Below, in pieces: positions 46,913 through 64,000 of a stretch of 64,000 nucleotides of DNA. The stretch is from Piromyces finnis finn (lineage: Eukaryota; Fungi; Neocallimastigomycota): the NCBI GenBank assembly GCA_002104945.1, contig MCFH01000005.1, positions 868,001-932,000 on the forward strand. The letters run 5' to 3'. The position numbers and the translations under genes are program-made. Each line of letters opens with the position of its first letter. Position 1 is the stretch's first letter. The notes below the pieces were generated by a model. That model saw only the letters and a program-made list of their open reading frames with translations, searched no databases and was not told the origin of the DNA.

Positions 46913-49856
46913 AATAAAAAAAAACCCAATAAGAATAAAAAAACTATAAATTTAATTTTAAAAATAAATAATAATAATAATAATAATTATATAATAATAT
47001 TAAATTTTTTTTTTACCTATTAATAATTAATAAATAAAAAAAATGTATACAAGTAAATTTATTAACAAATTTCTTTTCTTTTATTATTAAATAAAAAAAA
47101 TATTATTATTAATTTCACTATTAATATATAATTATAGAAGCATGAGGATATTATTTTATATGTAAAAGTATATAAAAAATAATAATCCATATATAATAGA
47201 ATTATATAGAATAGAATTACTAGTTTTTTTTATTATCAAATTTTTTATTTTCTTTTTTTTATTTATTTAATATATAAATTTTGGTTTAAAAATTTAATAT
47301 AAAATAATATATTAATTATTTATTTTATTATATATTAATTATCTTTTTTTCTATAATTCAATTTATTTTGACTTTTTCATATTTTGTAATCTTAATTTAT
47401 ATTAAAAATTAAAAAATTCTATTTATTTGAAAAGAATTATATTAATTATAATATTATTTTAAATTATATATTATTAAATTAATAATATATAGAATATTAC
47501 TAATAAAATTTAATATAATTGATTAAATGAATATTTATGTGTTACATTAATTTAGTAATTTAATATTTTAATTTATAATCATATATATTACATTAATATT
47601 AATATATTAAGAATGACTTATAAAAACAGGACGAGATTTATATATTAAAAAATATATTAAGTATTACTTAATTATGATATTATAATTGTAATTATACTGT
47701 AATATATTGGTAATATATTAATGATATAAAAATATTATTTTGAAGCTTTTAAAAGATTAAAAATAAAAAATAATATAGTTAAACTTTTTATATGATTTTT
47801 ATGGCTTTTAACTTCTTTCAATAAATAGAATGAAAACTTTTTTATTTTCATTTCTTGTCGGGCTTTTAATATTTTTATAAAATAATAATAATAGATTTTA
47901 CATAAAAAGGAATTGTTATGTCATAAGGGGAAAAAAACACTACACATTATAATAATTCTTATTTTATTTAAATTTTTAAAGTAAAAGAATAAAAAAAATT
48001 AATTTCCTTATATAAAATCATTTTATAAAAAAAAAAGTAATATAGTATATACCTACTTTTAATAGAAAAAGGTGATATTTCATTTATTAATAAATAAATA
48101 AAATTAGATTATCGAGTTTGTTCAATTGTTCAATGGCTTTTTTATTTGTTGCTTGCTTCTTACTTAAAACCATAATTATAGATCATTTTAAAATTAATTA
48201 ATTATCAACTATTTTATTACACAGGTTAAGTAACGCCAATAAGATGAAACAAGTAATTAAAATTTTTTAATTTATCCACAATTAATATAAATCTTATTTG
48301 TTAAAGATAAAGAATAGATAAACGTTACACCAAAAATTTTTAAAAAATTAAAAATAAGATTGTGATATACACGTGTTTCAATAAGTATATTAATATAGAG
48401 CATAAAATTTATTAAAGACCTTTGTAAATAATAATGTTTACTTCATACAAAAATTTATAATGTTCTTTATAAAGTAGACATATTTTAATAATTTATAATA
48501 ACATAAAATATTTTTACCTAAGCATAAACCCAAAAATTTTCATTTCTACTACTCTATAATTTAAAATTATAATTTTCTATATGATTAATAATACAAAGGA
48601 TTTTTTTAGAAATGTTCAACAATTTTTTGTGCTACATAGAGTAAAACTAATTAAAATTAAATAAAAAAATTAAAATTAGTCAATTTATTGGATTTTTAAA
48701 ATTTTGGAAAATATATTATAAAACAATGATCTATTTTAGCATAAAACACATTAGGAGAAGTTAAAAAGAAAAAAAAACATAATAGCATAGTTCATCCATA
48801 ACTAAAACATTTAATTAATAAGCATGATATTGTAATCATATATATGCAATTAGCTAATATATATATAAATAAGAAAACTCTATATAGGCAATAAATTTTT
48901 CAAAAAAAAAAAGGATAAATCTTTATATAATTACTATATTAGTTATTATAAAATACATAATGATTCATAGTCACTACCCAATGGCTTTTTTACTTATAGT
49001 AAAAAAAATTATATAAAGTATTTTCTATTTTAACAAAAAAAAATGATATATTATCAGTGTTATAAGTATAAAAAAAATATTTTTATTTTTCATCTCTTTA
49101 TATTTAAACTATTGCTTACCAACATAAAAACTACATAGAAAATTCAATAAAATGCAAATATTACTAATATTTAGTATTTAATATAGTTAAATCATAGTAT
49201 AAATACAAATAATATTTGATAGACACTAAATATAGTCGTTATGGTGATTCATATTTCTCATCTACTAAAAATATATATTATAGTAGATGAGAAATATATA
49301 TATATTTTTTTTATATATATACATTGTATTTAGTATAGAAAATAGAAAATAATCTGAAAAAAAAAAAAAAAAGTTCTCTCTTCTTTCTTACCCACTTCAT
49401 TAATTAAAATCTATTAAAATTGAATATTAATAGATTTTACAAATAATGTGCATTTAATAGTTAATAGTATAATGTATAATATTATAATAAAAAATCAATT
49501 ATCATTTAAATTGTACTAATATTTATATTCTTATTTCAAACATATTGATTACATACATCCATAATTGATATGGAATAATACGAAAAAACCAATATAATAA
49601 ATATTTTATATAATAAAAAGCTTAAAACACTATATAACATTATATACATACAACTTTCTTTATATATAATTATACATTAGATAGTTTTTTTTTTTTTTTT
49701 ATAAGAAAATCTTATTTTTTTAAACCAATTAAAAATATATATAATAATAATAATTATATTAAATTTTAAAAATTAAAATATAAATTATATTATATATTAC
49801 ATTTTAATAAGAAATTTGGAAAACAAAAAAATAATAATAATAATAATAAAAAAGAA

Positions 49857-52800
49857 ATGAATAATACATCATCATATGAATGGGATTTTAAAAACTCATT
49901 AAATAATAATATAAAATTAAGTCTTCAACAAGAAAACGAGGAAATTAAAAATCTAAGTTATCTAATCAATTTTTTAACAGGAATCGTTCATAATGAAAAA
50001 AATAAAATTGAAGATCCAATAGCAACATTTCAGAATTCATGGGAAAATTTAATATTAAATTTAAATACTATTGTAGGCTTAAAGACAATAATAAATATGT
50101 TTATATATATAGAAAAATAATAATAAAAAAAAAAGTTATATTCTATATAAAGAAAATATTAATTCATTTGAAAATTTAAAATTTATTAAAAAGATAAAGA
50201 ATGGTTTATCTCATAAAACTCAATTAATAGCATATCTTTGGAGGAAAATTCTTTATAATGTTTATATAACATTTTATGGTAATAATATCATTGCAATTGT
50301 ATTTACTATGTATAATGTATAATAATGTAGAAATAGAATCATTTAACGAAAATCATTCTGAAATTTTTGTTTTCCATATATATTTTAATTACTTTTTAAA
50401 ACATTTAGAAAATGAAAAGTATAAAGAATTTATGGAAAAATCAATTCAATACTTATTTGAACAATTAATGAACGACTTAAATTATAAGATTTCAAAGAAA
50501 AATGAAGAAATAAAACAAAATGTGTTATATTCCAACTCTTTATTGAATTATTATGATTCTGATTCTGATGAAGAAGAAGAAGAAGAAGAAGAAGATAACG
50601 TTGAAAATAAAATTCAGAAATTTCAAATCAAAAGAAGAATTAAACATATATTTAATTTATTACATATGTTATTAAAGGATTTTAGAAAAGCAATTATTGA
50701 TAATGATGAAGAATTTCCAATTCATATTGGCGATTATATTTGGATTATTTTCCAAGAAGAAAACTTTTCAACTTTTAATTCTTCACAATTTAATAAAGTA
50801 TTATTTTCAAAGCAAAATGTAAATTTTTTTTTTTTTTTTTTTTTTTAAATAGTATAATATTGTTTAAAGTATATATGCATATATATATAAAATGAACTAT
50901 AATTTAAAAAGAAAATACTATAGTAATTATTTATACTAATTATATTATTAATTCTTTTTTATACTCTATACTATATATGCATATATATATAATAGTTCTT
51001 GGAATGGACTTATGAAATTGTTGTTATTCAAATTGATTTAATTAAACTCTATCATATTCGAAATATAAATGAAAAAGAAAAAGATAAATTTAATTTAATT
51101 AATAATATGCCAATATTTGTTATTAATCATATTGAAGAGGTAAACATTTTATTCATCCTATAATTAAATTAATAGTATATTATTATGAATAATATTAACC
51201 GATCACTATTTTTTAATAATATATTAATGAAAAATTTATAATCTATTTAAAAAAAAAAAAAAAAAAGTATGGCTATATTTTTGAAGAGGATTTTCCAACA
51301 AATCAAACAATGATAGTAAGAAGAATATTACAACTTTTTAATCAAATAATAATAGTATTAGATCAAGTCATGAATTTTGAAAAATGGAGAAAGAATTGGC
51401 AGGATTGGACCACTTCAAATTTATCTTTTGAAAATTTATTAATGGGTTATTCCAAATATAAAATAAAAGTATATCCTGAAATAGAAAATCTTATTCATTC
51501 CTATGAGTCCAATGATCAAAAAGTTCCCGAATCTCAAAGACCACCATCTTTTTATTATCAACTTATATATCAAAAATTAAGTGTTCTTATTACAATAATG
51601 AAAATTTTTATTTGTTTTGTAAAGCATTCCCAAATTAAAAACTATATTGCTCATCATCTCTATGATAATGGAAATATTTCCTACACAACATTTATTCATC
51701 AGCCATCTTGTAATGCGATGTTATGTCAACATCAAAGTTATTTAGATAGAGAATGTATGTGTAAATTTTTATTAGGGATTAATCGTTGGTTTTTCTCCAT
51801 GGCAAAAATGGATACATTCTTAATTCAAAATAGTATTGTAGATAGTTTATTAATTGAATTAACTAAGGATATAAATATTTCAGGTAATACTTTATATCTT
51901 TTATCATATATCTATTTAACTTTTTAAAAAAAAAATACTGATTCTTAACAATATTATTATTTGGGAATAAAAAAAAAAAAAAAGATATTTTCAGTTATAC
52001 TAATATTCCAGAAATTATAGTCAATTTATATAGCCATAATGATAGTGAATTGATGGATACCCTAATTTTATTACAAAATAATTTTATTTGTTACCAATAT
52101 AAATCGGCAAAAACACTATATCATAGGTAAATCTACATATAATTTAAAAAAAAAAAAAAAACATATTACATTAATACATAAATTAATATATATTAATAAA
52201 AACAAAATTATAATTATTTTATATTGCTTATTGTTACATAAATTTATAAAATATATAATTATATATGTGGGGATTTTAATAAAAATAATAAATATTAACA
52301 AAAAAAAAAAAAAAAAAAAAAAAAAAGATGTCCAGTAATAGCAACAATTTTGGAATTTAGTACTCCAATAAAGTTATTTGAAGCCTTAATGCATAATATT
52401 TCTTATGATAAAAAAATATTATTAGATTGGGTGATATCAAATGAGACAACCTTTTTGGAGTATCTTTTACGTTACCTTGATTACACCGAACTTTATTGTC
52501 AAACATCTTTATCCACCTCTTCAAAAAACACGGAACAAAATCAAAAAAAATTATCAAATACAGAACAAATGGAAATTTATATGGATGAAAATTATATAAA
52601 AAATAAAAAATTAAAGGATACTTTTCCTTCAAATTACTATAACAATAATGACGATAATGATACTGACAGTTATTCCCCAAAAGTAAGGTCAGGTAAAAGA
52701 AGAATGATCCTTAAAAATAATTTTAATGAAAATTCTAATAGTACTGCAATGGCACAAGAATATTCCATTCAACATTTATCGGACCAATTAAAATATACTT

Positions 52801-52961
52801 TTAGAATTACGGAAAAACCTTCAAAAGAAACTATTGAACTTCTTTCTCAATTAAGAATGACTATTGATAAACTTTCAAAACGTGATTTAATTCCATTTTC
52901 CCCTGGACCTCTTCTAAGAAAAATGGATCTTTTTTATCAAAATTTTTCATTTCTTTTATAG
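49857..52961 (+). CDS. Protein Lines (LINS1) homologue, multi-exon
   Basis: The last exon has LFEALMHNISYDKKILLDWVISNETTFLEYLLRYL and LSQLRMTIDKLSKRDLIPFSPGPLLRKM, resembling the Lines_C domain (YDxxVLLDxLISxETxFLEY..RYL; L..L..K.LFPYN..PLL). Upstream ORFs 49857, 50276 and 51310 are joined by GT-AG introns. Confidence 0.72.
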
Positions 52962-53059
52962 AAATGAAATGAAAAAAAAAAAAAAAAAAAAAAAAAAATA
53001 ATAATAATAAAAATAATAAAAATAAATTATTTTTAACACCATAAACTTTATAATTTTTA

Positions 53060-53113
<54 letters not shown>
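53060..53113. repeat. (TTA)n microsatellite between the convergent Lines and pyruvate kinase genes
   Basis: Trinucleotide run. Confidence 0.9.
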
Positions 53114-53115
<2 letters not shown>

Positions 53116-53557
53116 ACTTTATTTTTATTATTATTTTACTTTATTTTTTATTTTTATTTTTTTTTTGAATTTTTTTTTTTTTTTTTTTTGAATTTTTTGT
53201 GTTTATAATAAAAGAAATATATCTATTAAATATATGGTATTTATTTTTTTTATTTTTGTTAATATTTTTACTCTTTTTTTTTTTTTTTTTAATAAATAGT
53301 AATAGTAATATGCTTTTCTAAATTTATATATTTGTTTTTGGTTTTTAATTCCATTTGTTTTGTAAAAAAAAAAATGAATTTTTTTTTTATCTTTCTAGTT
53401 TATTGTAAAATTGATATTCCTTAAAGAGATAATTTATTATTTATATACGGAAAATGTTTCAGAAAAAAGTAAAAAAAATCATGCTCTAATTCTTACTTAA
53501 TCTTTTACTTCTTCGTTTGAGTTGTTTAAAATTTTCATTATAAAAATGGTATCTGAT

Positions 53558-55462
53558 TCAATTGTATTCATTTTCTTTCCAGTATGACTTAGACTTTTCA
53601 GTTCTAATAGCATCACCAAAGAAAGATAATTTTACAGTATTACATAAACCAGGTAAAAGTTCGTGATATCCTGCACATATAACAACCTTGTCACCAACAT
53701 TTAACCAAGTTGGATGACGCTTCATAATTTCATTTTCAGTTCTGGCTAAAACAGCATCAGTATTTAATAAATCGTGATTAACGTTTAATTGATTTAATAA
53801 ACTAACCATAATTTGATTATTATTGTTTTTAATATCATCTGAGTATCCTTGTTGATAACTATTAACAGTTTTCTTACTAAAGTTTACAAGAATTGGATGA
53901 ACAGCGTGAAGAACAGTTAATTTTCTGTAAACATGGCTATTTGAAGTAATAGCAATAATTTTTAAGCTTCTAGTACGCTTAGCAATCATGTGACAAGTAT
54001 CACCAGTATCAGTGTAAACAATAACTGCAGAAGCATTGGCTTCTTCAGCAGCAGTAACTGCAGAATCAGCAATAGCATCAATAAATGGTGATGGAATCTT
54101 TCTACGAGCATTAATACCAGTCTTTTCAATTAAATCTAATTCAACCTTGGCCATGTAATTAATGTTTTCTTCAGCGCAACGACAAATTGAACTCATCATC
54201 TTAACAGATTCAATTGGATAAGCACCAGCAGCACATTCACCACTTAACATAACAGCATCAGTACCATCATATACAGCATTAGCAACATCACTAACTTCAG
54301 CTCTAGTTGGAACTGGGTTTGTAATCATAGATTCTAACATTTGAGTGGCAGTGATAACTGGCTTTTCAGCACCATTAACCTTTCTAATAAGATCCTTTTG
54401 AACAATTGGAACCTTTTCGAGTTGACATTCAACACCTAAATCACCACGAGCAACCATAATAGCATCTGAAACTTCAATAATGTCATCAATTTCATCTAAA
54501 GCTTGTGGCTTTTCAATCTTTGAAACAACCATTGGTCTCCATTCCTTACTTAAATTAATTTCTTCCATTAAAAAGTCATAATCGTAATCATTTAAGCTAT
54601 CAACTGGGATACCTAATGGTGGGTAAATCTTTTTCTTTTCTTCTTCATCCTTTCTAAATTGAGCCATGAGATCAATTAAATCTTGAACATCTTGTCTACG
54701 TTGAACGAAGGAAAGAGCAATGAAATCTAAACGTTGTTCCCAAATAAACTTGGCATCTCTTTTATCTTTTTCTGTTAAAGCTGGAATATCAACACGAATA
54801 TCTGGAACATTAATACCTTTTCTAGCCTTTAACTCAGTTCCAGCAAGAACTTCAATTTCTAAAGTGTCTTCAGAAATACGTTTTAAAACACGTAAAGAAA
54901 TATTACCATCATCTAAAAGGACACGATGTTCTGGTTCAAGTTGTCTAATAATTTGTGGGGTATTCATACAAATAGTATTTTCATCACCTAATTCAGTACT
55001 AGCCTTTAATTGTAAAATTTGACCCTTTTGTAATGGAATAGAATCTCTATCTTTAAAACCATTATTTCTAATTTTTGGACCACATAAGTCACCTAAAATA
55101 GCAACAGAAATTTTTAATTCTTTACTTACTCTTCTAATTTCTCTAATAATTGGAATTTGAGCAGAGTAATCAGTAATGTGTGAAAAATTCATTCTGAAAA
55201 CATTAACACCTATATAACACAACAGGTAAAATTTTAGTTCATATAAAATACAAAAAATAGGAATAAATTTTAAATTTTATATATTTTATTATTCCTGTCA
55301 TTATCAAAATTTACCTGCAAGCATTAATTCTCTGATTTTATCAACAGAAGCTGGACCAAGAGTTGCAACAATCTTGGTCTTTCTAGTTCTTCTATCGAGT
55401 TCGAAAAGGTCTAAATCATTAAGATTAAGATTATTAGCACTTTTTTTGCTGGATAAATTCAT
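53558..55462 (-). CDS. pyk: Pyruvate kinase; 2 exons (55462-55315, 55209-53558)
   Basis: RKTKIVATLGPAS, RMNFSH, DLCGPKIR, KIEK, IMVARGDLGVE, ITATQMLESM, PTRAEVSDVANAVYDGTDAVMLSGE. Confidence 0.96.
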
Positions 55463-58400
55463 TATTGGAATTTGAAGTTTTTCTATTATATATCATATGA
55501 TAAATAACAATTGAAAAATAAAAAAAAAAATCAATATCTAGTTTTTTTATTATTTTCTTGCGTATTTCATATTATCAAAATAATATCCAAAGAAAAGAAA
55601 GAATGAAAATAAAAAAAAAAATAAAAATATAATATTAATTCATTGCTGGATAATTCTTACTACTTTTATTTGTCCACATTTCTTTTATTATTTTATTCTT
55701 ATTAAATTAGCTAATATTATTAAATATTATTATTATTATTAAATATTATTAAATATTAAATATTATTATTATTTTAGTTTAAATAATAACGATGTACTAT
55801 TTACTATTTAATAAATTCAATTAATAAAATATAGTTTTGCAAAAATTCAAAATTTAAGATTTTTAACTCCTTTTATATATTTTTTGACAGTATTTTTTTT
55901 TTAATGTCTAACCATTATTTGGTATTTTTTTTTTTTTAATATATATATGGATAAAAAAATTTTTTTTTCTGGTATTTCCTTGCGTTACCTTTATTTTTAA
56001 AATAATTAATTAAAATTATATATTATTCAAATATATTATAATATATTAAATGATATATTTTATATTTTGAAAATAAAAAAATTATTTAATATATTTCTAT
56101 ATAATAAAAAAATAATTTATTATAAAGTAACTTTTTTTTTGAAAATGAGGGATTTTTTGGGATATATTTATATTCATGAAGAACTTTAAGTTTTGTAAGA
56201 CAATACAATAGAATAGATTGGTAATGTATACATTATTATAAATAAATTTTAATTTTTAAAACAAAATTACTACAAATTCTAAATATTCTGTATTTAAATT
56301 AACAATACATTCCGTAACATAGAATACAATATACTTGATGTATAATAATAATATATATAATATATGTTTATAGAAATGATAACTCCTTAAATAGAAAATC
56401 AGATAAAATGACACCATAAATAGTTGTTGGCGGTTTCATTGATTTCTATGATGCATTAAAAAAATAGAATTAAATTTACTATTAAATAAATTGTATTTTT
56501 TTCTTTTTTTGCAAAAGTAAATAAATAATAAAGGCTAATTTTAAAAAGAAAAATTAAAAGTGTCGTCCTTTAAATATTAAATCTTGAAAATAAATAAATT
56601 TCTAGTTATAAAACGATAAAAGATTAATTTTATCATGCACAGCAATAGAAATAAACATAAACCATGATAATTTTAATTTTTATCTACACTTTGAAGATTT
56701 TAATTAAATTTTATCATTGGATTTTATTTGCGATTACATCAACCCTTCTCTAATTGATAATGAAATTAAATTATTTACATAAATTAATGTGTATTCGGCA
56801 TTTATATAATAATTCTAATCTGATAAATTAATCACATGTTATTGAATTTGATACGGGTTGTTTTTATGTAAACATTAAGCATAACTTTTACGTTCCAATA
56901 TTTCTATTCTATCTAAATTCGAAAATAGGCATTCTGATTGAAATTTAACTAAAAAAGAATAAGAATCCTTCCTAATAATAACATCCTCAAGTTATTTATA
57001 CTAATGAGGCTTACTTAATAATTAGTCGTCTAATGAGAAGGCTGGAACTATATGAAGTATACATTTATATTATTCTTTTACAATGTATCTATTTGCATTT
57101 TTCTTATCCATTGTTGAAATAGTAAATAGTATAATAACAAAACGATATAAATTTACAAATGTAATAATAGGTTCAAGTCACCTATTATTTTTATAACAAA
57201 TCACATGTATAATATAAAGAAGATTCTTAATAATTAAATGTTGAATCTTTTCCGTTTATAAAATAAAAAATATAAAGTTTTTGGTTTCAAAGTACTCTAT
57301 ATTAAAAATGGTGTAGTCATTCTTTATTTTTTCTTTAAAAAAATACACAACTATTAAAAATACAAAAATAAATTGAACTTGAAATATCTTTTTTTTGTCT
57401 GTCATAAGCAATAAGAATTATGTATAGTCTGATAGTATCGAATAACATATGTATTGTATATATATATATATATTAAGTTTTTAATATTCTTTAATTCAAA
57501 TAAATTTTATCTTATACCAACATTCCTATAGAATTTGCCATGAAAATTTTAAAAGAAAAATAAGGCATGAAAAAAGTAGACTTTTTCAAAATGTTTTAAT
57601 TTTATAATTACTATCCTTAAAAATTAGAAATTCTCTAATTAATTAATTAAAATAGAAGGCGAATAAATCCTATTGGTTGATTGAGATGTTAAAATTCAAA
57701 TTTGAAAATTTAAAAAGGATCACACTTTTTATAAAATATAGTCTTTATCAGAGGATGATGGAAAATATATAGAAATTATAAAAATATTACACACACATCT
57801 TTTACACTTACTTAAATATATCATATTACTATATTACTTTTAGTATAGATATAACAAAAAAAATCTTGTGTATTCCAATATAACTTTTAATGGTTAATAC
57901 TACAAAAATAGAATTTTTTTTTTTTTTTTTTTTTGAAATACAGAATTTTTTTTTAACTTTTTTCAAAAAAAAAAAAAAAAAAAAAAATACAGAAATTTTT
58001 TAAATCAAATGTTATTCCATATTAATATATATTTATGGAATTAATAAAAAAAAATAGGCTGGCTAGGTGCATTAAGTTTAATTTTAAACCTTTTTTTTTT
58101 TTTAAAAGAAAAAATAATACTAATTTTACAATAATAAAAATAAAATTAAACTATGAAACCATACAAACAAATAAATTGATTTTTTTGTTGGTTGGTTGGT
58201 TTAAAATAAAAAAAAAAATTCATTTCTTTTTTATTATTATTATTATATTTTATCTCTTTCTTTATTTTTTTTTTTTTTTTTTTTTGTTACAATAATAAAC
58301 TACTGTTACTTTATGAATAAATAAATTAAAGTGGAAATATATATATATTATAAAATATAAAAATAATTAAAATAGTCTTTTTTTAAGGATTAAAAATAAA

Positions 58401-58538
58401 TATAAATGTTTCTTTTTCTAAAGAAATGGTTAAATATTGACATAGAACTAAATTGATATCAAAATTTTTTTATTTTTTTTTTTTTTCTAAAAAAAAAAAA
58501 AAAGATAAAAAGAAATAGATGATTTATCTATAGTATTA

Positions 58539-58659
58539 TATTAATTGGTAGATAAACAGAAAAAGGTAGTAAATTATATATTTACTATGTTTTATGAATA
58601 TTAACTGGTAAATAAACAGAAAAAGGTAGTAGACTATATATTTATATTATGTTTTAGGA
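58539..58659. repeat. Two-copy 60-bp tandem duplication just downstream of the PRP4 kinase stop codon
   Basis: The core ATAAACAGAAAAAGGTAGTA and its flanks recur at 60-bp spacing. Confidence 0.8.
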
Positions 58660-58670
58660 TGATATTTTAT

Positions 58671-61716
<3,046 letters not shown>

Positions 61717-62999
61717 TGTTTAGAATGATTTTGTTGATTATTAAAAGGAATTAAGATTTATTTTTTATTTTTTAATTAATTTTTTATTTTTAGTTATATT
61801 ACAAAAAAGATTATTAAATAAATTACTTTCAAAAAAAAATTAATATATTTTTATAAATATTTATATATCTTTACAAACTATTTAGATTGACTCTTTTTTA
61901 AAAATATTTATATTTTTTATATAACCAAAAGTTGAGTTTTTATAACTTTTAAAATTTTACTTATGTGTGATTTTTTACAATATATTTTTAACTAAATAGT
62001 TATTTTCGTTCCGATCAAATATGATAAAATGAAAATTTAATTATTAATATAGAGTATTATTTAAAATATTAGAATATTGTTTATATATTTTCTTATTTAT
62101 GATACTTAAAAAATAATAAAATAAATAAAATATAATGATTTTTAATGAATTGAAAAAAAATAAAAAGAAATATATTTTAAACTATTATAAAATCTTTATC
62201 TTGAAAATATATTTCTTCTAATTTTATTATATATATGAATATATTATATAAAAATATTTAATTTGTATGTTACTTCTGTGAACTTGCTTTTTTAAAACAA
62301 TTTTTAAATATTAAAGTATTTATAATCTTTTTAACTATAAACACTTTTTTTTGTATATTATTTATTGAATATTTTTATATATTTATTTGTTTAGATTGTT
62401 TTTATATCAGTATATATTTTCAATCTGCCTAAATATATTATAAATGAAATTATTGAATAAATTTAATATTCGTAATTATATGATAAATATTATTATTTGA
62501 AATAAAAAAAATAAATAAATAAATAAATATTATAGAAATATTTATATATAAATGAAATTTAATTATTAATACTTTAAAAATATTTCAATTTATATATAAT
62601 ATTGAAAGCATATAACTTATTATTGATATATTTAACAATGATGTTATTAAAACTTTTATAGAATCTTAAATATCTATAATAGTCAAATCAAATATAAATA
62701 TAAAAATGTTATTGTAGTTTAAATATTATGCATTACTTTCAGTTTATATATTTAAACATTAAATTTTATTTTTCATTAAATGAAAATGTAATATTTTTCT
62801 TAAAATAAATTTTTATTATTAATAAATAAAAAATATAAATAAAAAAAAAAAGTATATTTATTATATTATATTAAAAAATAAAAAAAAAAAAAAAAGCCTA
62901 TATATTAACTTTTTTGAGTTTATAAATTAAAACCTAACTTTTAAAAAAAAAAATTATATATTCGGAATAATATTATTTGTTAATATATTACATATATAT

Positions 63000-63092
63000 T
63001 ATTGATTCATTTCTATTGATTTATTTGTTTATTTAGTTATTTATTGATTCATTGATTTATTTATTTATTTATTCATTTATTTATTTATTCAT

Positions 63093-63127
<35 letters not shown>

Positions 63128-63296
63128 TTCATTCATTCATTCATTTATTTATTTATTTATTCATTTATTTATTTATTCATTTATTTATTTATTTATTCAT
63201 TTATTTATTTATTCATTTATTTATTTATTCATTTATTTATTTATTTATTTATTTGTTTATTTAGTTATTTATTTATTTATTTATTTATTTATTCAT

Positions 63297-63375
<79 letters not shown>

Positions 63376-63378
63376 TTA
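63000..63378. repeat. Compound (TTTA)/(TTCA)n microsatellite
   Basis: About 380 bp tetranucleotide array with interspersed TTCA units. Confidence 0.95.
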
Positions 63379-64000
63379 ATTTATAAATTTTTCAAACTTT
63401 ATATAACTAAATCATGAAAAACTATAATAAACTACAGAACTACATTACTTCTAAAGTATAATGATTATTAATAAAAGATACTTAACCATATATACTACCA
63501 AGAAAAAAAATTAGAATTAGTCATATCTACAAATTAATTTCCTTTTTTTTTTTTTTGTATAAAATAATAAAAAAAATTGCAAAGTTAAATTTTTAAATTC
63601 TATGTTTTAAATTATTATTAAACTAAATAAAATATTTGATATTTAAGCTAAATTAATTATATATAAAAATTATTGGTTTTCAATTTTTAAATATTTTTTA
63701 TTAGCATAGCTAGTCTAGCTAAATCTAAATATTTTAAAATCAATTTCAAATCAAATTTGATTTGTAATAGATTTTTAAATAATAAAAATAGAAATTCTTT
63801 ATTTAATTTTATTTTTTCTATATAATTTATAGCATTTATATAATAAAATATTAAATAATTTATTTTTAATTTCACAAATAAATCCAAACCAATAAAAAAA
63901 TTATAACAATATACTATCTTTAGCTTTATACTATTACATATCAATTTCAAAATGTTAAGTAATAATTCTTCAATATTAAATAAACGATTAAGTTACTCAG

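Noticed and set aside
56560-57120. Minus-strand frame that looked like a decayed transposase (SECLFS resembling hAT ERxFS)
   Set aside because: Stop density in a hand translation is close to random expectation for this composition, and no second motif supports it.
57913-57985. Poly(T)...poly(A) foldback
   Set aside because: The pairing relies on homopolymers that are ubiquitous in this genome.

Overview
Extremely AT-rich eukaryotic genomic DNA with short AT-rich introns, long A/T homopolymers and TAAA/AAT microsatellites. The composition plus CotH, flagellar CFAP70 and a presequence-bearing ClpP point to an anaerobic gut fungus (Neocallimastigomycota); this is an inference. Ten host genes are recognisable: cytosolic HSP70, CFAP70/TTC18, ClpP, V-ATPase c' (Vma11), an orphan Ser/Lys-rich ORF, a membrane-anchored CotH, an active rhomboid protease, a Lines/LINS1 homologue, pyruvate kinase and PRP4 kinase. 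Positions ~2.9-21.1 kb carry a cluster of one poly(A)-tailed non-LTR retrotransposon family. It includes a young 5'-truncated RT-only copy with a 12-bp TSD and an ATG captured from the flank, an adjacent endonuclease-only copy whose RT is deleted in frame, a 70-bp TSD-flanked micro-insertion nested inside that copy, and older fragments. The most notable observations are this complementary RT/endonuclease pair with its unusual target sites, a likely U12-type AT-AC intron in CFAP70, a CotH with a catalytic Asp-to-His change, and a K+-independent (bacterial-type) pyruvate kinase. No rRNA, tRNA or CRISPR was seen. Exon boundaries and alignments were read by eye and need computational confirmation.
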